Source: Flavobacteriales bacterium | Lineage (GTDB): Bacteria > Bacteroidota > Bacteroidia > Flavobacteriales_C > GCA-002722245 | Assembly: GCA_023251095.1 (NCBI GenBank) | Contig: JAHEZL010000001.1 | Coordinates: 260,278 to 324,277, forward strand | Length of the DNA stretch: 64,000 nt | Direction of reading: 5' to 3' | Shown here: positions 57,395 through 64,000 of the stretch, one piece after another | How positions within the stretch are numbered: the stretch's first letter is position 1 | Layout of the letters: each line of letters opens with the position of its first letter | Program-made: the position numbers and the translations under genes | Notes under the pieces: generated by a model | What the model saw: only the letters and a program-made list of their open reading frames with translations | What the model was told of the DNA's origin: nothing | Databases searched by the model: none

Positions 57395-58333
57395 TCATTC
57401 CACTATCCCTGCACAAAGTCCCAGATGATTTTTTTTAATCTCTCTGGTAAATGTCTCTAAGGAAATAGACCTGTTATTTTTAAAATAATAAGAACCGCCA
57501 TGGAGATATTTGATTTGGGTATATTCCAGCTTTTCGCCATTCAGTTCAACACTTACCTTGTTAATTCTCCTGGTATTTTCAACGAGGTTTACAGCATTGC
57601 ACACTTTATCATTATTGCTCAGCGGCGTTAGTTTTTTTACTTCACCGGAACTCACACCGGCAACAAAGGGAAATGGCGCTTTATCTGCAGAAAATTGAAT
57701 CTGACCAACTTCTTCCGTTTTTTGAGCGACCGTATCCTGTGCCGCCAGAATTGCTTTCCTTCTATGGAGGGTAAGCTCATATTTAAAGTCTTCACTAATA
57801 CCCGAATTGCCTAATTTTTCATGTATAGTAGGCTCTTTAGTGAAGCTGGTTTGAAAAGTCTTTTTATAGTTGACATCACACGTAAAATTCTTAACCACCT
57901 CGTGAAAGAAAACTGCGGCCACAGGTTCGTTAAAAACAAAAGGCTGACTTCTATTCACCGGAAACATCTTTAATACAATACTGTTAGTTCTTTTCTGTGC
58001 ACTAACTTCTTTTGGAAGAATGGTATTGACCAGAATATCTTCCGCTACATAGTTGTCTTTTTCCAGTCGGATTTTAAAAACCCTGTTATATTCCAAAGAA
58101 AAATTAAACTTACCATTGACAGAAGTAGAAGCCTGCGTCATGAAAACATCCTCTTCATAAACACTTATGCGCACATCTGCCAAAGGCAGATTATTGTCGG
58201 TTACTAACCCCGTCAATTCAAGTTTTTGATCATCAGCCCTGAGAAAAAACGGCCCCAAAAAGAGGAAAACAACACTGATTATACAGGAGAAATAAGAAGG
58301 TCTCCCGGCTATGGTGGATGAAGAGGTATACAT
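57395..58333 (-). CDS. Hypothetical secreted/anchored protein with an N-terminal CarboxypepD_reg-like domain
   Basis: The internal ATG at 58333 gives a hydrophobic signal/anchor (YFSCIISVVFLFLGPFFL). This is followed by LTGLVTDNNLPLADVRISVY...VNGKFNF. Confidence 0.6.
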   Translation of the reverse strand: MYTSSSTIAGRPSYFSCIISVVFLFLGPFFLRADDQKLELTGLVTDNNLPLADVRISVYEEDVFMTQASTSVNGKFNFSLEYNRVFKIRLEKDNYVAEDILVNTILPKEVSAQKRTNSIVLKMFPVNRSQPFVFNEPVAAVFFHEVVKNFTCDVNYKKTFQTSFTKEPTIHEKLGNSGISEDFKYELTLHRRKAILAAQDTVAQKTEEVGQIQFSADKAPFPFVAGVSSGEVKKLTPLSNNDKVCNAVNLVENTRRINKVSVELNGEKLEYTQIKYLHGGSYYFKNNRSISLETFTREIKKNHLGLCAGIVE

Positions 58334-58528
58334 ACGCTTAGCTTTTAAGTTGTTGTAGTGCCGAACAACCAAGAAAACTCATTCACTTTGTCGCCTGCAC
58401 TTAAATGTTCCCTACTGTATACCAATACAAATTCATGCCTGTATAGAGGAAATATTTAACAGCTAAAGTGAACGGGGTACCAAAAAATTAAACGAATTAA
58501 TTTTGCACCACTATTTTGGCGCTTACAT

Positions 58529-58559
58529 AAAAAAATCTCACCACATAAGTGATGAGATT
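58529..58559 (-). terminator. Intrinsic terminator after the T9SS-cargo gene
   Basis: An imperfect stem, AATCTCACCAC paired with GTGATGAGATT (58534-58559). On the minus strand it is followed by a T7 run. Confidence 0.55.
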
Positions 58560-58583
58560 TTTCAGAAAAAAGAAATGCTGTTT

Positions 58584-59273
58584 TTATTTCACAATTACTT
58601 TCACACTGTTGCTCATTGCTTCATTATTGATAGTGACAATATACAATCCCTGAGGCAAAGCAGACAAATCCAACACTGAAGCAGATCCGCTTTTTGAGAA
58701 AACAACTTTCCCGAAATTATCCACTACACGGACAGAAGAAATTGGAATATTACTAGTGTTTTGCAAATACAAAATCCCATCGGAAGAAGGATTAGGATAT
58801 ACAGTTATCTGACTTGATTTTTTAACATCTTCCTCTACAGACAAAGCATCGATTGCAACTCCCGAAGCATTTACGGTAACAAATGATTTGCCCACCGATG
58901 CAGTAACCACACCTGAATGATTTCCCACGGAAGCGGGATTAAATCTTACATATACAGTTTGACTCACAAATACTCCGTCACCATTTTTTGCAAAATAAAA
59001 ACTGGCGTTTGAAGCGAAAGCCTGTCCGTAGGCAGCCACCTGAAAATCATCACTAACCGAAACCTGCACTGTTGCTGAATTTGAAGAACTGGAACAAGAA
59101 AGCGTGAGTGTTTGCGCGTCGCTTGCAGTTCCCGACGTTGCGGAAAACAAAGTGATACTGCCAGTCAAATAAGGCGTTGTTTGACCTACTTTAATAATTT
59201 GTGCCTTCGATGAAAAAGCAATAAAAAAAGAGAAAAAAAAGAAAAATAATTTCTGAGTAAGTTTTTTAGTCAT
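58584..59273 (-). CDS. Small secreted protein with a T9SS (Por) C-terminal sorting domain
   Basis: Has the signal peptide ...FFIAFSSKAQ. The C-terminal ~80 aa are ITVYPNPSSDGILYLQ...LPQGLYIVTINNEAMSNSVKVIVK, typical of T9SS CTDs. Confidence 0.8.
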   Translation of the reverse strand: MTKKLTQKLFFFFFSFFIAFSSKAQIIKVGQTTPYLTGSITLFSATSGTASDAQTLTLSCSSSSNSATVQVSVSDDFQVAAYGQAFASNASFYFAKNGDGVFVSQTVYVRFNPASVGNHSGVVTASVGKSFVTVNASGVAIDALSVEEDVKKSSQITVYPNPSSDGILYLQNTSNIPISSVRVVDNFGKVVFSKSGSASVLDLSALPQGLYIVTINNEAMSNSVKVIVK

Positions 59274-59372
59274 GGCTGTATAGTTTTAAAATTAATACAG
59301 CAAAATTAGCCTCAAAACATTCTCTCTGTACTACCCGCAACGGACAGGTAGTAAAAAAATAATTGAAAAATG

Positions 59373-60002
59373 TTAGATGTATTTTTCTTTCCTGGCTATG
59401 GAAATGGCGTCTTCCTTGGTGCTTACCTGCAATTTGATATAAATGTTTTTGATATGAAATTTCACTGTAGAAAGAGAAACATCCAGTTGCATCGCAATAG
59501 ATTTATAACTCTTCCCTTCTACCAATAAACCCAATACATCTACTTCCCTTTTTGATAAAGGGGAATGTGTATTTACCCGAAAAGAACTGGCCACCATCCG
59601 CGCAATATTAGCACTCATTGGCGCCCCTCCCTCTTGCACATCCTGTAAAGCATTCAGCAATTGAAGATGGCTGCTGTTTTTTGTAAGATATCCTGATGCC
59701 CCGGCACATAAGGCCTCAAACACCCTGTTGCTGTTTTCAAAAACCGTAATGATGATAATTTCAATATGTGGAAATTGATTTTTAATTACTTTGGTCCCTT
59801 CTATTCCATTCATTCCCGGTAAGTCAATATCCATCAATACAATTTCAACACCCAACTTTGGCAACGCTTCAATGGCCTGTTCACAATTGTCAAAAGTATT
59901 GACAACATTATATTTCCCGGTAGAATTGATCAGTAATTTAAAACCCTCACTGATATCGGGATTGTCTTCAATAATGATGAGGTTAATTTTTTCTTCAGAC
60001 AT
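59373..60002 (-). CDS. Response regulator, NarL/LuxR family
   Basis: Has a receiver domain (LIIIEDNPD...VLMDIDLPGMNG) and a C-terminal LuxR HTH (LSKREVDVLGLLVEGKSYKSIAMQLDVSLSTVKFHIKNIY). Confidence 0.9.
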   Translation of the reverse strand: MSEEKINLIIIEDNPDISEGFKLLINSTGKYNVVNTFDNCEQAIEALPKLGVEIVLMDIDLPGMNGIEGTKVIKNQFPHIEIIIITVFENSNRVFEALCAGASGYLTKNSSHLQLLNALQDVQEGGAPMSANIARMVASSFRVNTHSPLSKREVDVLGLLVEGKSYKSIAMQLDVSLSTVKFHIKNIYIKLQVSTKEDAISIARKEKYI

Positions 60003-60032
60003 TGAACAAAGTTATGAATTAAAGACAGTGAA

Positions 60033-61316
60033 CTACCTATCCAAAACGGACAGGTACGATTTGGCCAAAGGAATACTCAGTTGATAAACAGTTCCGCTGC
60101 TTCCTGATTTCAATTCACAAGAACCATTGATTAAAGCAATACGATTGCTGAGATTGTTGATTCCTCTTCGCGCAACTTTTCCGGTATCAAATCCGCAACC
60201 ATTATCGGAAATGCTAATAAGCAATGCTTCGCTGCTTTCTTCCATTTTCAAATAAACATCTGTACATGACGAGTGCTTCGCGGCATTGGTCATTATTTCT
60301 TTACAGACAAAAATTACCTGACGAATGGCTGATGCTTCCAATCTACTTATGTTTCCTTCCACAAATTCTTTCTCCGAATGGTAGCTTATTTCCAGGGGAA
60401 GAAAAAAGTTTTCTCCAAAATCCCTCACATAAATAAACAACTCCTCAATGTAATCACTTTTAAAATCAATGGACCATATAAAATCTTTTGTGCCCTGATA
60501 GACTTCTCTTGAACGAAACTCAATGGTTTGTAATAGTTTTTCCACATCGTTCCTATCGGAGTTTTCCTTTATTTTAAGCGCTACCGATTGCGACAAGATA
60601 TTAATGCTAGCCAGTTTATTCCCCATTTCATCGTGAAAATCTTTGGCAATATTGCTTCTCAAAGCACTGATCTGGTTGGTGGTACTTTTTACCGTTTCTT
60701 CCAATTCACGAATTTTACTTTTCGATAAATCTTCCAGCTTCTTGTTCGTTTTATTCAAAATTAAAGTGAAAGTCCCCAGCAAGGTGGCCATCAATACCAA
60801 AACAAAAAACCAGGTAAAAGCATAATGCCCATTGTTGTGCGATAAAACATAAGACTTAAAAAATCCGGGGTTAGCAGCACTGCTATCATCCATGTAAAAA
60901 AGAATTCCCAGATACACAGCCACCAATGAACTGGCAACAATTCCCCACCAAAAACCAACAATAATAAAAGTACCCATTGCCGTGAGCAGCAGCCATGAAA
61001 TATCGGCTGAAAAAATTCCACCGGTATTGTAAACACTCACCATAGTAGCAGGCAAAGAAGTAAAGGAAAGAATAACCAGCGGCAAATTTATTTTGGGAGA
61101 AAGGCGAAGAAACAAAATGCAAAAAGCAAAAACGAGTAATCCGATAAGATTGGTCATTTGCTTAAAGGTATCTTCAGGATAGGCAAAGAAAAAATAGATA
61201 TCGTAAATAGCAATGGAGCTCGACAATAAAAATAAAAACCAGGCTACAACAATTGCTTTTCTATGGTCCTTATGACTGGTCTCTCTAAGTGTGGGGTGAA
61301 TAAAAAATCTTATCAT
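60033..61316 (-). CDS. Sensor histidine kinase (HisKA_3 type) with about 6 N-terminal TM helices
   Basis: Has a polytopic N-terminus, a coiled-coil linker, the H-box IAKDFHDEMGNKLASI and an HATPase region (MTNAAKHS, DNGCGF). Confidence 0.85.
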   Translation of the reverse strand: MIRFFIHPTLRETSHKDHRKAIVVAWFLFLLSSSIAIYDIYFFFAYPEDTFKQMTNLIGLLVFAFCILFLRLSPKINLPLVILSFTSLPATMVSVYNTGGIFSADISWLLLTAMGTFIIVGFWWGIVASSLVAVYLGILFYMDDSSAANPGFFKSYVLSHNNGHYAFTWFFVLVLMATLLGTFTLILNKTNKKLEDLSKSKIRELEETVKSTTNQISALRSNIAKDFHDEMGNKLASINILSQSVALKIKENSDRNDVEKLLQTIEFRSREVYQGTKDFIWSIDFKSDYIEELFIYVRDFGENFFLPLEISYHSEKEFVEGNISRLEASAIRQVIFVCKEIMTNAAKHSSCTDVYLKMEESSEALLISISDNGCGFDTGKVARRGINNLSNRIALINGSCELKSGSSGTVYQLSIPLAKSYLSVLDR

Positions 61317-61339
61317 GATAACTTATTGGGGTTGTTAGA

Positions 61340-61924
61340 TCAATCATCCAATCCCTTTCCCTTGAGAATTTGCGGTATGTATTTTTCAACTCTATCCTCT
61401 CTGGTTTTGGCTTGTTTCGCTGAAGAAAAATAAAGAAGATAAGCTCTTTGCCGACCTGGTGTCAATGCTTCAAAAGCCTTTTTCAAGGCAGCATTTTTAT
61501 CCAGTTTACTTTGAAATTCTTCGGGCATGGAAAACTCTTTGGTCTTTTTCATCGGCACTTTCAAGCCGGCTTTTTCCACTTCAATCGCTTCATAAATATA
61601 GGCTTTCAAAGTAGCTTTCATCTTCACTATTTGGGAAGCGCTGGTGAAGCGAATTTGTCGCGCCGACTGCACATTCTCCGTTTGTTGAATTAAAATTCCC
61701 TTAGTATCCCTTAACAAAACACCTTTGAAAAACAAAACCGCGCAGTATTCTTTAAACACATGTATTAAAACAATATTGCTTTTCTTAAACGAGTAACAAG
61801 GAACTCCCCACTTCAATTCTTCGGTCAATCCACAATCCAAAACAATCGGTCTCAATTGCTCCAGTTCTTCCTGCCATTGTTTGGCTTTATTAAAATAAAA
61901 ATCAACCTTAGGATTCGTTTCCAT
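61340..61924 (-). CDS. YdeI/OmpD-associated family protein (DUF1801-like N-terminus)
   Basis: The C-terminal LTPGRQRAYLLYFSSAKQAKTREDRVEKYIPQILKGKGL matches my recollection of the YdeI family. Confidence 0.7.
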   Translation of the reverse strand: METNPKVDFYFNKAKQWQEELEQLRPIVLDCGLTEELKWGVPCYSFKKSNIVLIHVFKEYCAVLFFKGVLLRDTKGILIQQTENVQSARQIRFTSASQIVKMKATLKAYIYEAIEVEKAGLKVPMKKTKEFSMPEEFQSKLDKNAALKKAFEALTPGRQRAYLLYFSSAKQAKTREDRVEKYIPQILKGKGLDD

Positions 61925-61934
61925 ATAAATATTT

Positions 61935-62501
61935 TTAAACCGTTAACGCACCACGGAATCCCCTGGCGGCATAGTAAGATTCAGCACCATTGTGATACAA
62001 GAAAACCGTTCCGTAACGATAATCACAAAAGACAGCTCCGCCTCGTTTTCTGATGTCAACAGGTGTTTTTATCCAGCTGGATGTTTTGGTATCGAACTTT
62101 CCAAGCTGCTGCAACTCGCGATATTGTTCTTCTGTTAAAATATCAATGCCGATAAAAGCCGCCATGTGAAGAGCGCTATCTTTTGGTTTATTTTCTTTCC
62201 TTGATTCGAGCGCTTCTTCATCATAACAAATGCTTCGGCGGCCTTTCGGACTTTCATCCGAGCAATCGAAAAAAATATAGGCTCCCGATTTTTTATCCTG
62301 CGCAACAACATCCGGCTCACCACCGCTTTCTTCCATTTCATTGAGCGACCATAATTTTGCCGGATTGGCTTCCAGCTTCGCTTGCACTTTCGCCCATTCA
62401 AAACCTTTATGGCGGTTCATGTTTTTTTCAAAACGTGCTTTCAATACTTTAAGTAATTCTTCGCGTTGTTTTGATATCAATTCTTTTTTCATGCCATTCA
62501 T
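61935..62501 (-). CDS. DUF4256-like protein
   Basis: Family recalled from GGEPDVV and the ...YHNGAESYYAARGFRGALTV C-terminus. The alternative start is the ATG at 62492. Confidence 0.6.
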   Translation of the reverse strand: MNGMKKELISKQREELLKVLKARFEKNMNRHKGFEWAKVQAKLEANPAKLWSLNEMEESGGEPDVVAQDKKSGAYIFFDCSDESPKGRRSICYDEEALESRKENKPKDSALHMAAFIGIDILTEEQYRELQQLGKFDTKTSSWIKTPVDIRKRGGAVFCDYRYGTVFLYHNGAESYYAARGFRGALTV

Positions 62502-62885
62502 TTATTGATTAACTGAAACAATTTTTTTATCCGCCGGTCGGAAATACCAAGATACAAAAGTCATGATGACAAGACACAGCGAAGGAAATATTTCACTCAC
62601 CGCACCACCTGATGCGATATGTGAAAATGCCGCTCCCGACATCGCAAAGAAAAAGCCTGCATAAGCCCATTCTTTTAACAGAGGGAATTTCGGAACTAAA
62701 ATAGCTATTACGCCCAATATTTTCCAGACACCAAGCAGGTATAAAAAATACAAGGGATAACCCAAATGAGTAATAATATCAACAAAGGCTTTCATGTGAA
62801 ATAATTGCTGTATGCCGCTTGCCAGCATTGCTAAAGCCAGCCATATGGTGGCAATCCAATAAATGATTTTATTTCTCTTTTCCAT
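62502..62885 (-). CDS. DoxX-family membrane protein
   Basis: A four-TM, 127-aa protein with the GVWKILGVIAILVPKFPLLKEWAYAG pattern typical of DoxX-like proteins. Confidence 0.7.
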   Translation of the reverse strand: MEKRNKIIYWIATIWLALAMLASGIQQLFHMKAFVDIITHLGYPLYFLYLLGVWKILGVIAILVPKFPLLKEWAYAGFFFAMSGAAFSHIASGGAVSEIFPSLCLVIMTFVSWYFRPADKKIVSVNQ

Positions 62886-62892
62886 ATATGTA

Positions 62893-63357
62893 TTATTTTA
62901 ATTTGTTAACTATTTCCTGTATTCTGTTATGTGCCATATTTATTCCCTGAGCAAAAGGCAGTTTCAGTATTTGATCTCGCAGCGCAACTGATTTATATAC
63001 TACCTGCATTATGAGTTTACTGGTATCCTCAGTAATTTTTTCAAATTCTAAAAACTCCAACTGGGGACCAAAAGGTGCATTCTCCATTTCAAATGTCCGG
63101 GTAATTTTCCGGTTCGGAATAAATTCATGAATAACTCCATTGAAATTATGTTTATTTCCCTTAGGATCCGTTGTTTCAAATTGGTAGCTGCCGTGTTTTT
63201 TACTTTCCAGTTTCAGTACTTTTGTTCCCATCCATTGCTCAACAATTTCCGACTCTTCATATGCTTTAAAAAGTAATGCCACCGGCAAATCAAATTCCCT
63301 TGTAATCACCAATTCCTGTTTGCCGTCTTCAGCATGAATTTTTGTTTTTTGTTCCAT
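62893..63357 (-). CDS. SRPBCC-fold protein (AHSA1/START-like)
   Basis: Its size, the pattern ITREFDLPVALLFKAY...WMG and its position next to ArsR are typical of Aha1-domain SRPBCC proteins. Confidence 0.7.
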   Translation of the reverse strand: MEQKTKIHAEDGKQELVITREFDLPVALLFKAYEESEIVEQWMGTKVLKLESKKHGSYQFETTDPKGNKHNFNGVIHEFIPNRKITRTFEMENAPFGPQLEFLEFEKITEDTSKLIMQVVYKSVALRDQILKLPFAQGINMAHNRIQEIVNKLK

Positions 63358-63363
63358 CCTGTT

Positions 63364-63687
63364 CTATTTTTTTGATTTATATTTTTTCATCACAGCTTCC
63401 AGTTTATTAAATCTGTCGTCCCACATTTTGCGGAAGGGTTCAATAAAGTCGGCTACTTCTTTCATTTTTTTTGCATTGATGTGATAGTAAATTTCCCTCC
63501 CATTTTGCTCTTGCTCCAACAATTCACACTCCGTAAGAATTTGTATGTGCTTGGAAATTGTTTGTCGGGAAGAATCGAAATTCCCGGCTATTGCGCTGGG
63601 TGTCATTGCCTGAAGAGCAACTAAAGTCATTATCGCCCTTCGGGTAGGATCGGCTATTGCCTGAAATACATCTCTACGGATTTCCAT
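63364..63687 (-). CDS. ArsR/SmtB-family transcriptional regulator
   Basis: Has [17 protein letters not shown] and a wHTH ([29 protein letters not shown]). Confidence 0.9.
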   Translation of the reverse strand: MEIRRDVFQAIADPTRRAIMTLVALQAMTPSAIAGNFDSSRQTISKHIQILTECELLEQEQNGREIYYHINAKKMKEVADFIEPFRKMWDDRFNKLEAVMKKYKSKK

Positions 63688-63690
63688 TTA

Positions 63691-63736
63691 TGCAGCTATT
63701 TGACTGCAAATATAATGCAGTTATCTGACTGCGCAA
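63691..63736 (-). promoter_or_regulatory. ArsR-operon promoter (TTG-N19-TATATTTG) with two tandem palindromic operator-like repeats
   Basis: On the minus strand, TTG is at 63734-63736 and TATATTTG at 63707-63714, with an exact 19-nt spacer. The repeats TGCAGCTATTTGACTGCA (63691-63708) and TGCAGTTATCTGACTGCG (63716-63733) occupy the -7-to-ATG interval and the spacer. Confidence 0.55.
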
Positions 63737-63761
63737 ATTTTTTGTGATTTTTTTTAGCCGA

Positions 63762-64000
63762 CTACAACTCTTTCAAAGCAAGCGCGAGCTGTTGCATCTC
63801 CACTGCCGAAGTGTAAATATTCGGAGATATTCTCACGCCATTATTGTCTTTCCAGAGGGCGCTACCGGCCAATATTTTTTTCTTACGCAAAGCCTGAATA
63901 ACCTTCGCGGGGGTCATTTCACTGTGCGTAAAAAGCACTATTCCTGCCGAAGAACGGATGTCTGAAGAAGTATGAAATTTTATTTTAGGATGATCTTTCA
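63762..64000 (-). CDS. Partial CDS (5' end outside window): C-terminus of a probable class-V aminotransferase-fold PLP enzyme
   Basis: My own minus-strand translation gives ...GIVLFTHSEMTPAKVIQALRKKKILAGSALWKDNNGVRISPNIYTSAVEMQQLALALKEL, with stop TAG at 63762-63764. The RISPNIYT..E...L pattern is typical of this family. This ORF is not in the ORF track. Confidence 0.5.
   Translation of the reverse strand, partial: KDHPKIKFHTSSDIRSSAGIVLFTHSEMTPAKVIQALRKKKILAGSALWKDNNGVRISPNIYTSAVEMQQLALALKEL

Noticed and set aside
59221-59247. A7/A8/A5 homopolymer runs in the signal-peptide region of the T9SS cargo gene as a phase-variation tract
   Set aside because: The tracts are short and simply encode the poly-Phe stretch of a signal peptide in an AT-rich genome. 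There is no evidence of length heterogeneity from a single sequence.
59335-60058. Shared 12-mer AACGGACAGGTA downstream of the RR gene and at the 3' end of the HK gene (possible RR binding site or duplication)
   Set aside because: Roughly a hundred identical 12-mer pairs are expected by chance in 64 kb. One copy is within coding sequence, and there is no extended similarity around either copy.
63744-63965. 73-aa plus-strand ORF from the track
   Set aside because: The opposite strand in the same region translates into a convincing class-V aminotransferase-like C-terminus that runs to the window edge. The plus-strand ORF starts with GTG and has no supporting features.

Overview
This is a low-GC, densely packed Bacteroidota-type chromosomal segment. 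Supporting signs are a T9SS C-terminal sorting-domain cargo gene, TTG/TAnnTTTG-type promoters, no Shine-Dalgarno sequences, and MORN-variant and TPR/PD40/OmpA proteins. I support about 58 protein genes. By eye I found no tRNA, rRNA, CRISPR array, transposase, integrase, phage gene or recognisable defence gene, so the window looks like core genome rather than an accessory island.

Gene content in order:
- a siroheme/sulfate-assimilation operon (sulfite-reductase-like 3' end, cobA, cysG-N-like, MoeZ-like, cysH)
- a five-gene MoxR/DUF58/SpoIIM-like membrane module bracketed by two RDD genes
- the EEP-rhomboid-rhomboid-mutL array
- mtaB, a large HExxH outer-membrane protein, priA and pfkA
- a lipoprotein / secreted protein / TerB-ABCG transporter cluster
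- a SulP-porin-DabA-DabB inorganic-carbon-uptake locus
- a nuclease-like/pepD/cyclophilin operon
- recR, a GT2 fusion, a 2-oxoacid dehydrogenase E2 and two tandem TPR/PD40 paralogs
- an exonuclease, an FAH-family gene, a DEAD-box helicase and mnmE
- a long minus-strand array: ArsR stress cluster, HK/LuxR two-component system, T9SS cargo

The least explained signals are:
- a ~350-bp GC-rich nested palindromic insertion flanked by a 12-nt direct repeat, between the helicase and mnmE
- two other palindromic repeat families
- an orphan terminator hairpin in a divergent promoter region
- a nuclease homologue lacking the catalytic DRGH histidine
- the functionally uncharacterised MoxR module

I cannot point to a clearly novel system. 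All family assignments come from motif recognition by eye and need HMM or BLAST confirmation.
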